NCBI RefSeq assembly: GCF_044704955.1
Contig: NC_091980.1
Span: forward strand, 306,962,001 to 306,999,107
Reading direction: 5' to 3'
DNA: 37,107 nucleotides
Source: Pristiophorus japonicus
Taxonomy: Eukaryota
Positions within the stretch are counted from its first letter, which is position 1; each line of letters starts with the position of its first letter. Both the position numbers and the translations under genes were made by a program. The notes beneath the pieces were generated by a model that saw only the letters and a program-made list of their open reading frames with translations, had not been told where the DNA came from and did not search any database. Below, one piece after another: positions 10,452-20,097 of the stretch.

Positions 10452-10815
10452 CCGACACTCCCAGTGCATTACTGAGGGAGTGCTGCGCTGTCGGAGGTGC
10501 AGAATTTTCTGATGAGACGTTAAACTAAGACCCTGTCTGCCCCCTCAGCTGGACGGAAAAGCTCCCATGGCTACTAATTTGAAAAAAAAGCAGGGGAGTT
10601 CTCCTCGGTGTCCTGGGCCAATATTTATCCCTCAAACATCAGCACCAAAAGCAGATAAGTTGCTATTACATGGGAGCTTGCTGTGCGCAAATTGGCTGCC
10701 GTGTTTCTTACAATTACAACAGTGACTGCACTTCAAAGGGTACTTCATTGGCTGTAAAGTGTTTTTGGACATCCTGAGCTGGTGGAAGACAGCTGTAGAA
10801 ACGCAAGTTCTTTAT
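10452..10815 (+). mobile_element. DeuSINE lacking tRNA head
   Basis: gacactcccagtgcattactgagggagtgctgc through tail gaaacgcaagttcttt. Confidence 0.88.
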
Positions 10816-11184
10816 CGTGGTTTAGCGGCATTAAAAAAAAAAGGCACGATACCAAATGTAAAACTGAATAAATTGTCTCGCCTCATTAGGCCCAGCGGAC
10901 AGAAGAGAGGGGCTAACATGGCAGGCGTAGACCGTTCCAACAACTGGCCAACAAATGCCAAGTCCAGCTTCTCACAGCAATATCGCAAGTGGATGTCATC
11001 AAGTTACAAAACTGTGCTTATATTTGAAGTTCAAAGGTCAAGGAGTAGAGGGGCTTCCTACTCCAGACAGCAGGGAGTTAGCAGTGGTCAAACTCTCGAG
11101 GGTTGGCGCTGGGAAGTGTATGCACCATATTTATAAGTAGCACATTACTCGCCGTGCAGGAGTGTAATTACAGGAACCCACAGG

Positions 11185-11302
11185 AAATGTTCCCTTTGGT
11201 TTTATTTTGGGTACACGGCCCATTCACAATACCGGGCATGCACCGTTTTCCCAGTTAAAAGCCGGAGAGCCGGAGCGGAAGCTCAGCTTAATGGGAACAT
11301 TG
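11185..11302. mobile_element. hAT-like MITE, copy 1
   Basis: Ends aaatgttccc / gggaacattg; 8 bp flanks cccacagg / ccctcggg (6 of 8 match); homologous to 25034-25176. Confidence 0.6.
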
Positions 11303-11409
11303 CCCTCGGGGTATTAAACATGCCCAGAGTCCATATATAAAGGTGGATTCTGGGAGAGATCTCACCCCCCTCCCCTCTCCTCCCCCCACCCCTGAAGGTA
11401 CCAGGGTTG

Positions 11410-11966
11410 AACACAAGAAATAGGAGCAGTAGGCTATTTGGCCCCTCGAGCCTGCTCCATCATACAATAAGATCATGGCTGATCTGATCATGGACTCAGC
11501 TCCACTTCCCTACCCGCTCCCCATAACCCTTTACTCCCTTGTTGTTCAAAAATCTGTCTATCTCCGCCTTAAATATATTCAACGATCCAGCCTCCACAGC
11601 TCTCTGGGGCAGAGAATTCCATAGATTTACAACCCTCAGAAGAAATTCCTCCTCATCTCAGTTTTAAATGGGCAGCCCCTTACTCAGACTATGTTCTCTA
11701 GTTTTAGTTTCCCCTAAGATTGGAAATATTTTCTCTGCATCCATCTTGTATGTTTCAATAAGATCACCTCTCATTCTTCTGAACTCCAATGAGTATAGGC
11801 TCAGCCTACTCAACCTATCTTCATAAGTCTAGCCCCTCATCTCTGGGATCAACTGAGTGAACCTTCTCTGAACAGTCTCTAATGCAAGTATATCCTTCCT
11901 TAAATATGAAGACCAAAACTGTACGCAGTACTCCAGGTGTGGCCTCACCAATACCCTGTACAGTTG
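11410..11966 (-). mobile_element. CR1 LINE 3' end
   Basis: aagaaataggagcag tail; reverse strand [25 protein letters not shown]; possible TSD gtaccagg. Confidence 0.92.
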
Positions 11967-12007
11967 TACCAGGTGAGAAGATCCAGGGAGGGGGGGGCAA
12001 TTTTCAC

Positions 12008-12330
12008 CTTTTCGGATGAAACGTTAAACCGAGGTCCCGTCTGCTCTCTCAGGTGAACGTAAAAGATCCCGTGGCACTATTTCAAAGAAGAGCGGGAGAG
12101 TTACCCCCCGGTGTCCTGGGCCAATATTTATCCTTCAATTGACATGATAAAAGCAGCTATCTGGCCATTATCACAGTACTGTTTGTGGGAGCTTGCTGTG
12201 CGCAAATTGGCTGCCGCATTTCCCAAATTACAACAGTGGCTACACTCCAAAAGTACTTCATTGGCTGTGAAGCGCAGAGACGTCCGGTGGTGGTAAAAGG
12301 CATTATATAAATGCAAGTCTTTTTCTATTT
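12008..12330 (+). mobile_element. DeuSINE 3' two-thirds
   Basis: ttttcggatgaaacgttaaaccgagg..cattatataaatgcaagtcttt. Confidence 0.9.
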
Positions 12331-12799
12331 CGTCGTTGTTATTTGGGCAGTAAACTGTGGAGTGGACAGCCCACCGGTCCTGGAACCCGGCCAAAGTCAG
12401 GTGGGTTCTGCAATGGGTTCTCGGCCAGTTTACCGCCCAGCCAGGGGGACCCCCCCCACCGCCCCTAATCTTACGGAAGCATGGCACGGGAGTCAGTCTC
12501 CCATTGGTACTCGAGCCGTGGACCTTCTTCACGTGCAGGTACAGACCAACGAATGCCACACCTGTCCCCACCGACACCTGTACAGGCATCCCCCCAGCAG
12601 CGACCACAACAAGGAGTGGGAGCGCTGGCTGATTTTTTTCCCCTCGTCCGCGGCCTCGCCGGGATCAGCCAATACGGCGCGCCGACCGGACTGCAGGTTC
12701 GGGATCTCGCCAGCAAGCACGGCTCAGCTGTACAGTTGGGGCAGTGTCGCTACCAGCCTAGCGCACGAGTACATACACGTTAACTGGTATTACAATGTA

Positions 12800-13030
12800 A
12801 TTGCAGCACAGGCGCAGGCCATTCGGCTGGACGGTAAACTGGTGCTAAAGGATTACCCAACAGGTCCGTGCCGGTGTTTACGCTCCACACGAGCCTCCTC
12901 CCACCCTACTTCATCTCAGCACCCGACCAGTATATCCTTCTATTCCTTTCTCCCTTATCTAGCGTCCCTCTTTAAATGCATGTTAGTGGCCGGTCCTGGT
13001 ATGCAACAGCTTCGAGGTGGGTGATGTCAT
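12800..13030 (-). mobile_element. Degenerate CR1 3' tail variant
   Basis: ggtccgtgccggtgtttacgctccacacgagcctcc; same family as 28255-28465. Confidence 0.6.
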
Positions 13031-13039
13031 TAGGTCGCT

Positions 13040-13697
13040 GTTTGGAGCGTGGGCAGGAACATCGGCGGGGCCCTGGTAAAGCAGAGGAGCGGGAAGGTCG
13101 TGGCGGAGGTGCGGCGAGAGTTTGTGGCGGAGGAGCGGTGAACGTTTGTGGCGGAGGAGCGGTGAGAGATCGTGGCGGAGGAGCAGTGAGAGATCGTGGC
13201 GGAGGTGCGGCGAGAGTTTGTGGCGGAGGAGCGGTGAGAGATCGTGGCGGAGGAGCAGTGAGAGATCGTGGCGGAGGTGCGGCGAGAGTTTGTGGCGGAG
13301 GAGCGGCGAGAGTTCGTGGCGGAGGTGCGGCGAGAGTTTGTGGCGGAGGAGCGGTAAGAGATCGTGGCGGAGGAGCGGTGAACGTTTGTGGCGGAGGAGC
13401 GGTGAGAGATCGTGGCGGAGGAGCGGTGAGAGATCGTGGCGGAGGAGCGGTGAACGTTTGTGGCGGAGGAGTGGTGAGAGATCGTGGCGGAGGAGCGGCG
13501 AGAGATCGTGGCGGAGGTGCGACGAATGAGGGTACGGGGCCCAGAAGAGGCGAGGGCCCAGGGGCAGCATGGACCAGCCCACACTGCGATGTGTGCGCGC
13601 ACTAGGTCCGTGCAGCAGAGCAGGTCTCCAGTCATCCTGGTTAACCCTTGCCACTGGATGAAGGCCTAGCTCTGTCAAGCCCGTGTGGTAGTTGATG
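13040..13697 (+). mobile_element. RTE-derived 5' UTR fragment with expanded 24 bp repeat
   Basis: 13535-13695 nearly identical to 505-665; no 3' tail. Confidence 0.75.
13098..13521 (+). repeat. 24 bp CpG-rich minisatellite (ggcggaggagcggtgagagatcgt), about 17-18 copies
   Basis: Direct inspection; a few variant unit types. Confidence 0.95.
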
Positions 13698-13917
13698 TGG
13701 AAGGGAGATTGCCGAGAGCTCAGTCTGGGTTTGCACACACTTCATAAGGCAGCACAGAGCTGAGAGAGAAGCAGCCTGCAGCAACAGAGTCATGCTCAGT
13801 GAATTAGCAGGACCAGTCCCCACAATGGCACGCAGCCGCCTTACAACCACAGGAGCTCAAATTAATAATTGAAGCGTTCATCACTCAAGTTTATTTAGGC
13901 AACTTGTTGAGTTTTAC

Positions 13918-13960
13918 CTCTGGCAAGCTGCACCCTTGCGTGGCGGGGCCACACTCCATC
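13918..13960 (-). other. Weak candidate 43 nt exon
   Basis: caatcccccccccccag|GATGG...CAGAG|gtaaaa. Confidence 0.2.
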
Positions 13961-14023
13961 CTGGGGGGGGGGGATTGCGTGTGTGTGGGCTGCACTCTGC
14001 TGGGGGTAAGGTCGGGGGGAAAG

Positions 14024-15495
14024 GTGTGTGTGTGTGTGTGTGTGTGTGGGGTGGGGGGGGGGGCTGTGTGTGGTGGGGGGGGGGCTGTGTGTGGTGGGGG
14101 GGGCTGTGTGTGGTGGGGGGGGGGCTGTGTGTGGTGGGGGGGGGGCTGTGTGTGGTGGGGGGGGGGCTGTGTGTGGTGGGGGGGGGCTGTGTGTGGTGGG
14201 GGGGGGGCTGTGTGTGGTGGGGGGGGGCTGTGTGTGGTGGGGGGGGGCTGTGTGTGGTGGGGGGGGGCTGTGTGTGGTGGGGGGGGGGCTGTGTGTGGTG
14301 GGGGGGGGCTGTGTGTGGTGGGGGGGGGCTGTGTGTGGTGGGGGGGGGGCTGTGTGTGGTGGGGGGGGCTGTGTGTGGTGGGGGGGGGCTGTGTGTGGTG
14401 GGGGGGGGCTGTGTGTGGTGGGGGGGGGCTGTGTGTGGTGGTGGGGGGGGGGCTGTGTGTGGTGGGGGGGGGGGCTGTGTGTGGTGGGGGGGGGGCTGTG
14501 TGTGGTGGGGGGGGGCTGTGTGTGGTGGGGGGGGGGCTGTGTGTGGTGGGGGGGGGGCTGTGTGTGGTGGGGGGGGCTGTGTGTGGTGGGGGGGGCTGTG
14601 TGTGGTGGGGGGGGGCTGTGTGTGGTGGGGGGGGGGCTGTGTGTGGTGGGGGGGGGGGCTGTGTGTGGTGGGGGGGGGGCTGTGTGTGGTGGGGGGGGGG
14701 CTGTGTGTGGTGGGGGGGGGGCTGTGTGGTGGGGGGGGGGGGCTGTGTGTGGTGGGGGGGGGGGGCTGTGTGTGGTGGGGGGGGGGGCTGTGTGTGGTGG
14801 GGGGGGGGGGCTGTGTGTGGTGGGGGGGGGGGGCTGTGTGTGGTGGGGGGGGGGGGGCTGTGTGTGGTGGGGGGGGGGGGCTGTGTGTGGTGGGGGGGGG
14901 GCTGTGTGTGGTGGGGGGGGGGGCTGTGTGTGGTGGGGGGGGGGGCTTTGTGTGGTGGGGGGGGGGGCTTTGTGTGGTGGGGGGGGGGGGGCTTTGTGTG
15001 GTGGGGGGGGGCTGTGTGTTGTGGGGGGGGGGGCTGTGTGTGAGAGGGGGGGGAGCTGTGTGTGGTGGGGGGGGGGGGCTGTGTGTGGTGGGGGGGGGGG
15101 GCTGTGTGTGGTGGGGGGGGGGGGGCTGTGTGTGGTGGGGGGGGGGCTTTGTGTGGTGGGGGGGGGGGGCTTTGTGTGGTAGGGGGGGGCTGTGTGTTGT
15201 GGGGGGGGGGGCTGTGTGTGAGAGGGGGGGGGAGCTGTGTGTGGTGGGGGGGGGCTGTGTGTGGTGGGGGGGGGGGCTGTGTGTGGTGGGGGGGGCTGTG
15301 TGTGGTGGGGGGGGGGCTGTGTGTGGTGGGGGGGGGGGGCTGTGTGTGGTGGGGGGGGGGGCTGTGTGTGGTGGGGGGGGGGGCTGTGTGTGGTGGGGGG
15401 GGGGGCTGTGTGTGGTGGGGGGGGGGGGCTGTGTGTGGTGGGGTGGGGGGGGCTGTGTGTGGTGGGGTGGGGGGGGCTGTGTGTGGTGGGGCAGG
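14024..15495 (+). repeat. (GT)n followed by G-rich minisatellite (ctgtgtgtggt + variable G run), roughly 65-70 copies
   Basis: Direct inspection. Confidence 0.97.
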
Positions 15496-15921
15496 TGGGG
15501 GAGTTTAGACCAGGTCAGGTAGGAATGGCAAGTTGTACATTTTCTATTAATAGTCACTGCACAAAAAACCTTGGTTAAAAAAAACCTATTCTTTCATGTA
15601 ATCGCGAGTTTTGGATCGATCCCAAGAAGAACAGGTACCAGGCTGATAGAGACTGTCTGCCTGGTTTAGAACAAGTGTTTTTGTATTTTTTTTAAAGCAA
15701 GTCAAGCTCCTGGCCCTTCCTGCGGCCTCATTTATTGCTCAGCTATTTGTAACATAAAACACAATGACAGACCGTTACGTGCGCCACGTTACACAGCATC
15801 AATAATACAGGCCATATCATTACTGCAGATCTTCCCCTTCAAAAACCTTCTCTCCTTCATCCTCTCGCGCCCCCACCCCAAACACTTCAATGGGAGAACA
15901 CCCACAGCTGGCCGGCGTGGA

Positions 15922-16160
15922 ATTGCTGTGTGGGAGCTTGCTGTGCGCAGATTGGCTGCCGCGTTTCCGACAGTAGTGACTACACTTCAAAAAGTACTTC
16001 ATTGGCTGTAAAGCTAAACCGGGTATGAAGGGAATCAAGGGATATGGGGATAGTGCAGGAAAGTGGAGTTGAGGTAGAAGATCAGCCATGATCTTATTGA
16101 ATGGCGGAGCAGGCTCGAGGGGCAGAATGGCCTACTCCTGCTCCTAATTCTTATGTTCTT
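15922..16160 (+). mobile_element. DeuSINE fragment (15922-16015) followed by CR1 3' tail (16020-16160)
   Basis: gggagcttgctgtgcgcagattggctgcc; then ggaatcaagggatatgggga..ctcctaattcttatgttctt. Confidence 0.85.
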
Positions 16161-16243
16161 AACTCCTGGATCGCAATGATCTCTGCCATTGATTGGGGCC
16201 CGCAGTGGCTCATGGTGGCATTGAGAAAGGGAGTGAAGGCAGG

Positions 16244-16509
16244 TGTAATGTATCTGCTTGATGGATTCTTTGCTCAAGAATCCAGAGCAACACATTGCTA
16301 TTAAGAACTAGTCGGTTTATTAACAAAGGTTTAACAATCACAGCACACATTACCAGTTCATCCACTAGGCTCACAACTACATACCTCATCGTGGGTGACC
16401 CAGTCCCAACTGGCTGGGGTTATATTGAGTCTTGCGAACATCACGTGACTGGCTAAGCCACTCTCAGTGCAACAAGCTCTACACACATGCTCACAGCTAT
16501 TCAACCACA
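16244..16509 (-). mobile_element. Solo LTR (Gypsy-like), 266 bp
   Basis: TGT...ACA termini; flanks gcagg / gcaga (5 bp TSD, one mismatch); on minus strand E-box tcacgtga, TATA-like caatataa, then AATAAA. Confidence 0.7.
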
Positions 16510-16546
16510 GCAGACACATCACCCAAACACATGGCACCACACTCAC

Positions 16547-16665
16547 TGATGCACTTCCTTTCCTCTTGCAGGCAAAGATTGCTCATAACTGTCGGGGCAG
16601 CAGCAGGCGGGCGAGGGACAGTCCATCTGCAGAACCCGATGGAGCTGGAGGATACTCACAGGTGC
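16547..16665 (-). other. Candidate 119 nt exon (alternative 6 nt microexon 16660-16665)
   Basis: Long pyrimidine tract ..ccctttctcctcccgttgtattgtag|GCACCT; donors gtgagtat (after 6 nt) and gtgagtgt (after 119 nt). Confidence 0.4.
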
Positions 16666-17052
16666 CTACAATACAACGGGAGGAGAAAGGGATGGAAAGG
16701 GAAGATAAAAGGGACGGAACGGGGAAGAAATGAAACAGAAAGCAAACTCTCACTTAGATACCTGGAACCATAAAGGGTGGCATGTAAAAAAAAAAGTGAT
16801 ATTGTTAAACCTATATAGGTGGAGCCATGCTGTGGCTCAGACAGGAATCAGAAGATGCAAGATTCGAACCCAATTCCCGACAGTCCCCGAGCTCCGGTTA
16901 TGAACCTCGGGTGATACTCGCGAGAGTGTGGGGGTGTGGGTTGTACGAGCCTGTAAAACGCCCCTGCCTTACAGGACTAATCTGCCCCCCCATGGTATAA
17001 AGATGGTCACGGGCAGGAAAGGAGCATTCACATCGCCTGTCGGACTGCGAAC

Positions 17053-17430
17053 ACAACAACTTACATTTATATAGCGCCTTTAACGTAGTAAAACATCCCG
17101 AGGTGCTTCACGGGAGCGGTTACCAAACACAATTTGACACCGAACCCGATAAGGAGATATTAAAACAAATGATCAAAAGCTTGGTCGAAGAGGTAGGTTT
17201 TAAGGAGCATCTTGGAGGAGGAGGAGGAGGAGGAGGGAGGAGGAGAAGGAGGCGGAGAGGTTTAGGGAGGGAGTTCCGCAGCTTAGGGTCTCGGCAGGTG
17301 AAGGCACGGCCACCGATGGTTGTGGGGCTGCAGGAGGTCCCAGAGGTAGGGAGGGGGGGGCGACGCCATAGAGAGATTTGAAAACAAGGATGAGAATTTT
17401 AAAATCAAGGCGCGGCCGGGACCAGGAACC
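17053..17430 (-). mobile_element. L2 LINE 3' end
   Basis: acaacaacttacatttatatagcgcc tail; RLDFKILILVFKSLYG. Confidence 0.88.
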
Positions 17431-17599
17431 CTGTGGAAAGGCCGAGCTTCTCAGCCTGTCGGCGACTGGAAAGGACACGGATCTCATGACTCGCTCCGCA
17501 CCTGTAGCTCCGCCCCCCCCCCTCCGCCCCTCCCCAGCTTCGGCAAGAAACAAGTTTCTCTCGAAACCTAGTGGGCCCGAGGTGTCTGTGCTCCTCTAA

Positions 17600-17856
17600 G
17601 CATCTTGAACATCCCTGATTATAATCGCTCAACCATTGGTGGCTGTGCTAGGGAACTCCCTCCCGAAACCTCTCCGTCTCGCTATCCTCCTTCAAGATGC
17701 TCCTTAAAACCGACCTCTTTGACCAAGCCTTTGGTCACCTGCGCTAATTTCTACTTATGCGGCTCGGTGTCAATTTTTTAAAATCTCTAACACTCCTATG
17801 AAGCACCTCGGGACGTTTCACTATGTTAAAGGCGCTATATAAATACAAGTTGTTGT
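17600..17856 (+). mobile_element. L2 LINE 3' end
   Basis: ggaactccctcccgaaacctctcc..gttaaaggcgctatataaatacaagttgttg. Confidence 0.88.
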
Positions 17857-18482
17857 CCCTGCCTCGACAGTGGAGGCATTTTTCGGTTTAAAACAAAAAC
17901 CTTTGCAGTACTGGAAGCAGAGATGACATAAATGGGGCAACAAACAGGGAATTTAACCTGCCTCAAACCAAGGAAACTGCTTCAACTGCAGGAGACCTTT
18001 GTCCTAATTGCAAATGGACATCTCTAAAAACCGAGACTCTCTCAAAGCCATTAGCGTTCATTAATTAAAAAGTGAAAGACAAAATTGTTCGTTGTTCCCA
18101 ATTAAAATCAACAAAACAGGCGGGGAGAGTGAACGTATGTGGGTCAAGTTAATTTATTTCTTGTAGCACATCATCCACTTGCCTACCAAGTCGAGTGTCA
18201 TTTGTTGGCCAACTACCACAACCCCCAAAGGCAGAGAAACATTGGGTTGCAGAGTAATAATAAATCGCTTGTCCTAATGATAACCCGCCCCATTAATAAC
18301 AGAGCGCTGAGCCCCCGGGGGCTAATGACTTTTCTACAGTCAGCTCTCTTGCTCCACTCTGCACGGTGATATCTCCCATTCTATTTCAATCCATGTCACA
18401 AGCACGCTTTATATCGCCCCCATAAGCCAGCCCCCTTCCCGCTAAAATATCAGTTCATCCTTTCTGATGGATTGATTTCCAC

Positions 18483-18965
18483 GGGTGCTGAAGGCGAGGG
18501 GTATCCTAACTCACACCGAGTCCCGTTCACCCATCACCCCCTGCGCTCACTGACCTACACTGGCTCCCGGTCCGGTAACCGCCTCGCATTCTCGTCCATG
18601 TTTTCAAATTCCGACATGGCCTCCCCATCTCTGTAACCTCCCCCAACCCTCCAAGATCTCTGCACACCTCCAATTCTGGCCTCTTGCGCATCCCCCCGAT
18701 TTTAATTGCTCCTCCATTGGGGGCAGTGCCTTCAGTTGCCTGTTGCCCAGACCCTAAGCTCTGGAATTCCCTCCCTAAACCTCACCGCCCATCCCTCTCT
18801 CCAACTTGAAGACACTCCTTAAAACCTACCTCTTTGACCAAGCTTTTCTCTCCCATTATCTCCTTACATGGCCAAGTGTCAAATTTTGTTTGATAAACTC
18901 TCCTGTGCAGTGCCTCGGGATTTTCTGCGACGTTAAAGGTGCTATATAAATGTACGGTGGTGTTA
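18483..18965 (+). mobile_element. L2 LINE 3' end
   Basis: cccatcaccccc..gctcactgacctacactggctcccg (LTDLHWLP) to tail ggtgctatataaatg. Confidence 0.88.
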
Positions 18966-19084
18966 GAGGACAAAGCTGTGACTTGTGTAGCACCACACTA
19001 TGCCATCATCAACATACTGGATTGTATGTGCTTAATTGGATTGTAGCTGAACGATAAGTGTTGGAAATGCACTATTCACTAATC

Positions 19085-19410
19085 ACCAGCGTCGCTCCAG
19101 GATGGCCTGTCCTCGGGTGTCTATACGTACAGACACCACACCACTGTTTTCTGGATCACTCGCTCCCCGCGGGGGCGCGGTGCTGCTCCTAGCAGAGAAA
19201 GCCGAGAGGGGAATCGCCCGCGAGGTTTTGTAGGGCAGGTTTAGCCCGAGGACAGCCAGCGCCCCTCTCCAGTGCAAGTCCGTGCCGGTGTCGGCCAATC
19301 CCCATGTGCTCAGAGATCCGCCGGGCTCCGCCTCCTTTTTCAGGGCGCCAATCACTGGTGGAGAGCAGCCCGCGGATCCTGCTTCTTCATTGGATCGCCA
19401 CACTCCCCTA
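19085..19410 (-). promoter_or_regulatory. Candidate CpG-rich Pol II promoter and first exon
   Basis: Non-repeat CpG-dense island; CCAAT at 19295, 19348 and (inverted) 19389; GC box ctccgcctcc 19326; minus-strand TACAAAA (19232-19226) 31 nt upstream of CTTTCTCT at 19201. Confidence 0.5.
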
Positions 19411-19411
19411 A

Positions 19412-19545
19412 CAACACCATGCGCCTCTAACGTAGTAAAAAAAATCCCAAGGCACCACACAGGAGCCTTTATCAAACAAAATTTGACACTGAGCCACATA
19501 AGGAGTTAACAGAAGAGGTGGTCAAAAGCTTGGTCAAAGAGGTAT
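19412..19545 (-). mobile_element. L2 3' tail fragment
   Basis: taacgtagtaaaa..aaaatttgacactgagccacataaggag..aaaagcttggtcaaagaggt. Confidence 0.8.
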
Positions 19546-19627
19546 ATGCTGCCGATTGTAGAAGTCAAATGGGGTGATCGGAAGAGAATTTTGTCAAGCT
19601 TCTCCCGACTAGAACACATAATCATGG

Positions 19628-20097
19628 CCGACACTCCCAGTACAGTACTGAGGGACTGCTGCACTCTCACAGGTGCCATCTTAAAGTGAGGGCCCGTCTG
19701 ACCACTGGGGTTAAAAAAATACTTTATTTATAAAGCGCTTTTCACGACCACCGGACATCCCAAAGTGCTTTACAGCCAATGACGTAATTTTTTTTTTGAA
19801 ATGTAGTCACTGTTGTAATGTAGGAAACTCAGGTGGACGTAAAAAATCCTATGGCACTATTTTGAAGAGCAGGGGAATTCTCCCCGGTGTCCTGGCAAAT
19901 ATTTATCCCTCAATCAACATCACAAAAACAGATGATCTGGTCGTGATTACTTTGCGGGAGCTTGCTGTGCGCAAATTGGCTGCTGCGTTTCCTACATTAC
20001 AACAGTGACTTGAAAAAGTACTTCAATGGTTGTAAAGCGCTTTGGGACATCTGGTGGTCGTGACAGGCGCTATATAAATGCAAGCCTTTTTTTTTTA
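19628..20097 (+). mobile_element. DeuSINE with an inserted inverted SINE tail (about 19704-19828)
   Basis: Core reads gggcccgtctg|insert|ctcaggtggacgtaaaa. Confidence 0.85.

Noticed and set aside
12311-13024. 237 aa ORF
   Set aside because: Begins in a SINE tail, ends in a CR1 tail, no recognisable domain
13098-13521. CRISPR-like array
   Set aside because: No unique spacers; vertebrate context; no cas genes
12976-13738. 200-250 aa repetitive ORFs
   Set aside because: 24 bp array inside a retroelement 5' UTR; open in several frames
13904-15578. Gly/Cys-rich (keratin-associated-like) and Pro/His-rich (extensin-like) ORFs
   Set aside because: Artefact of the G-rich tandem repeat; frames shift with homopolymer length
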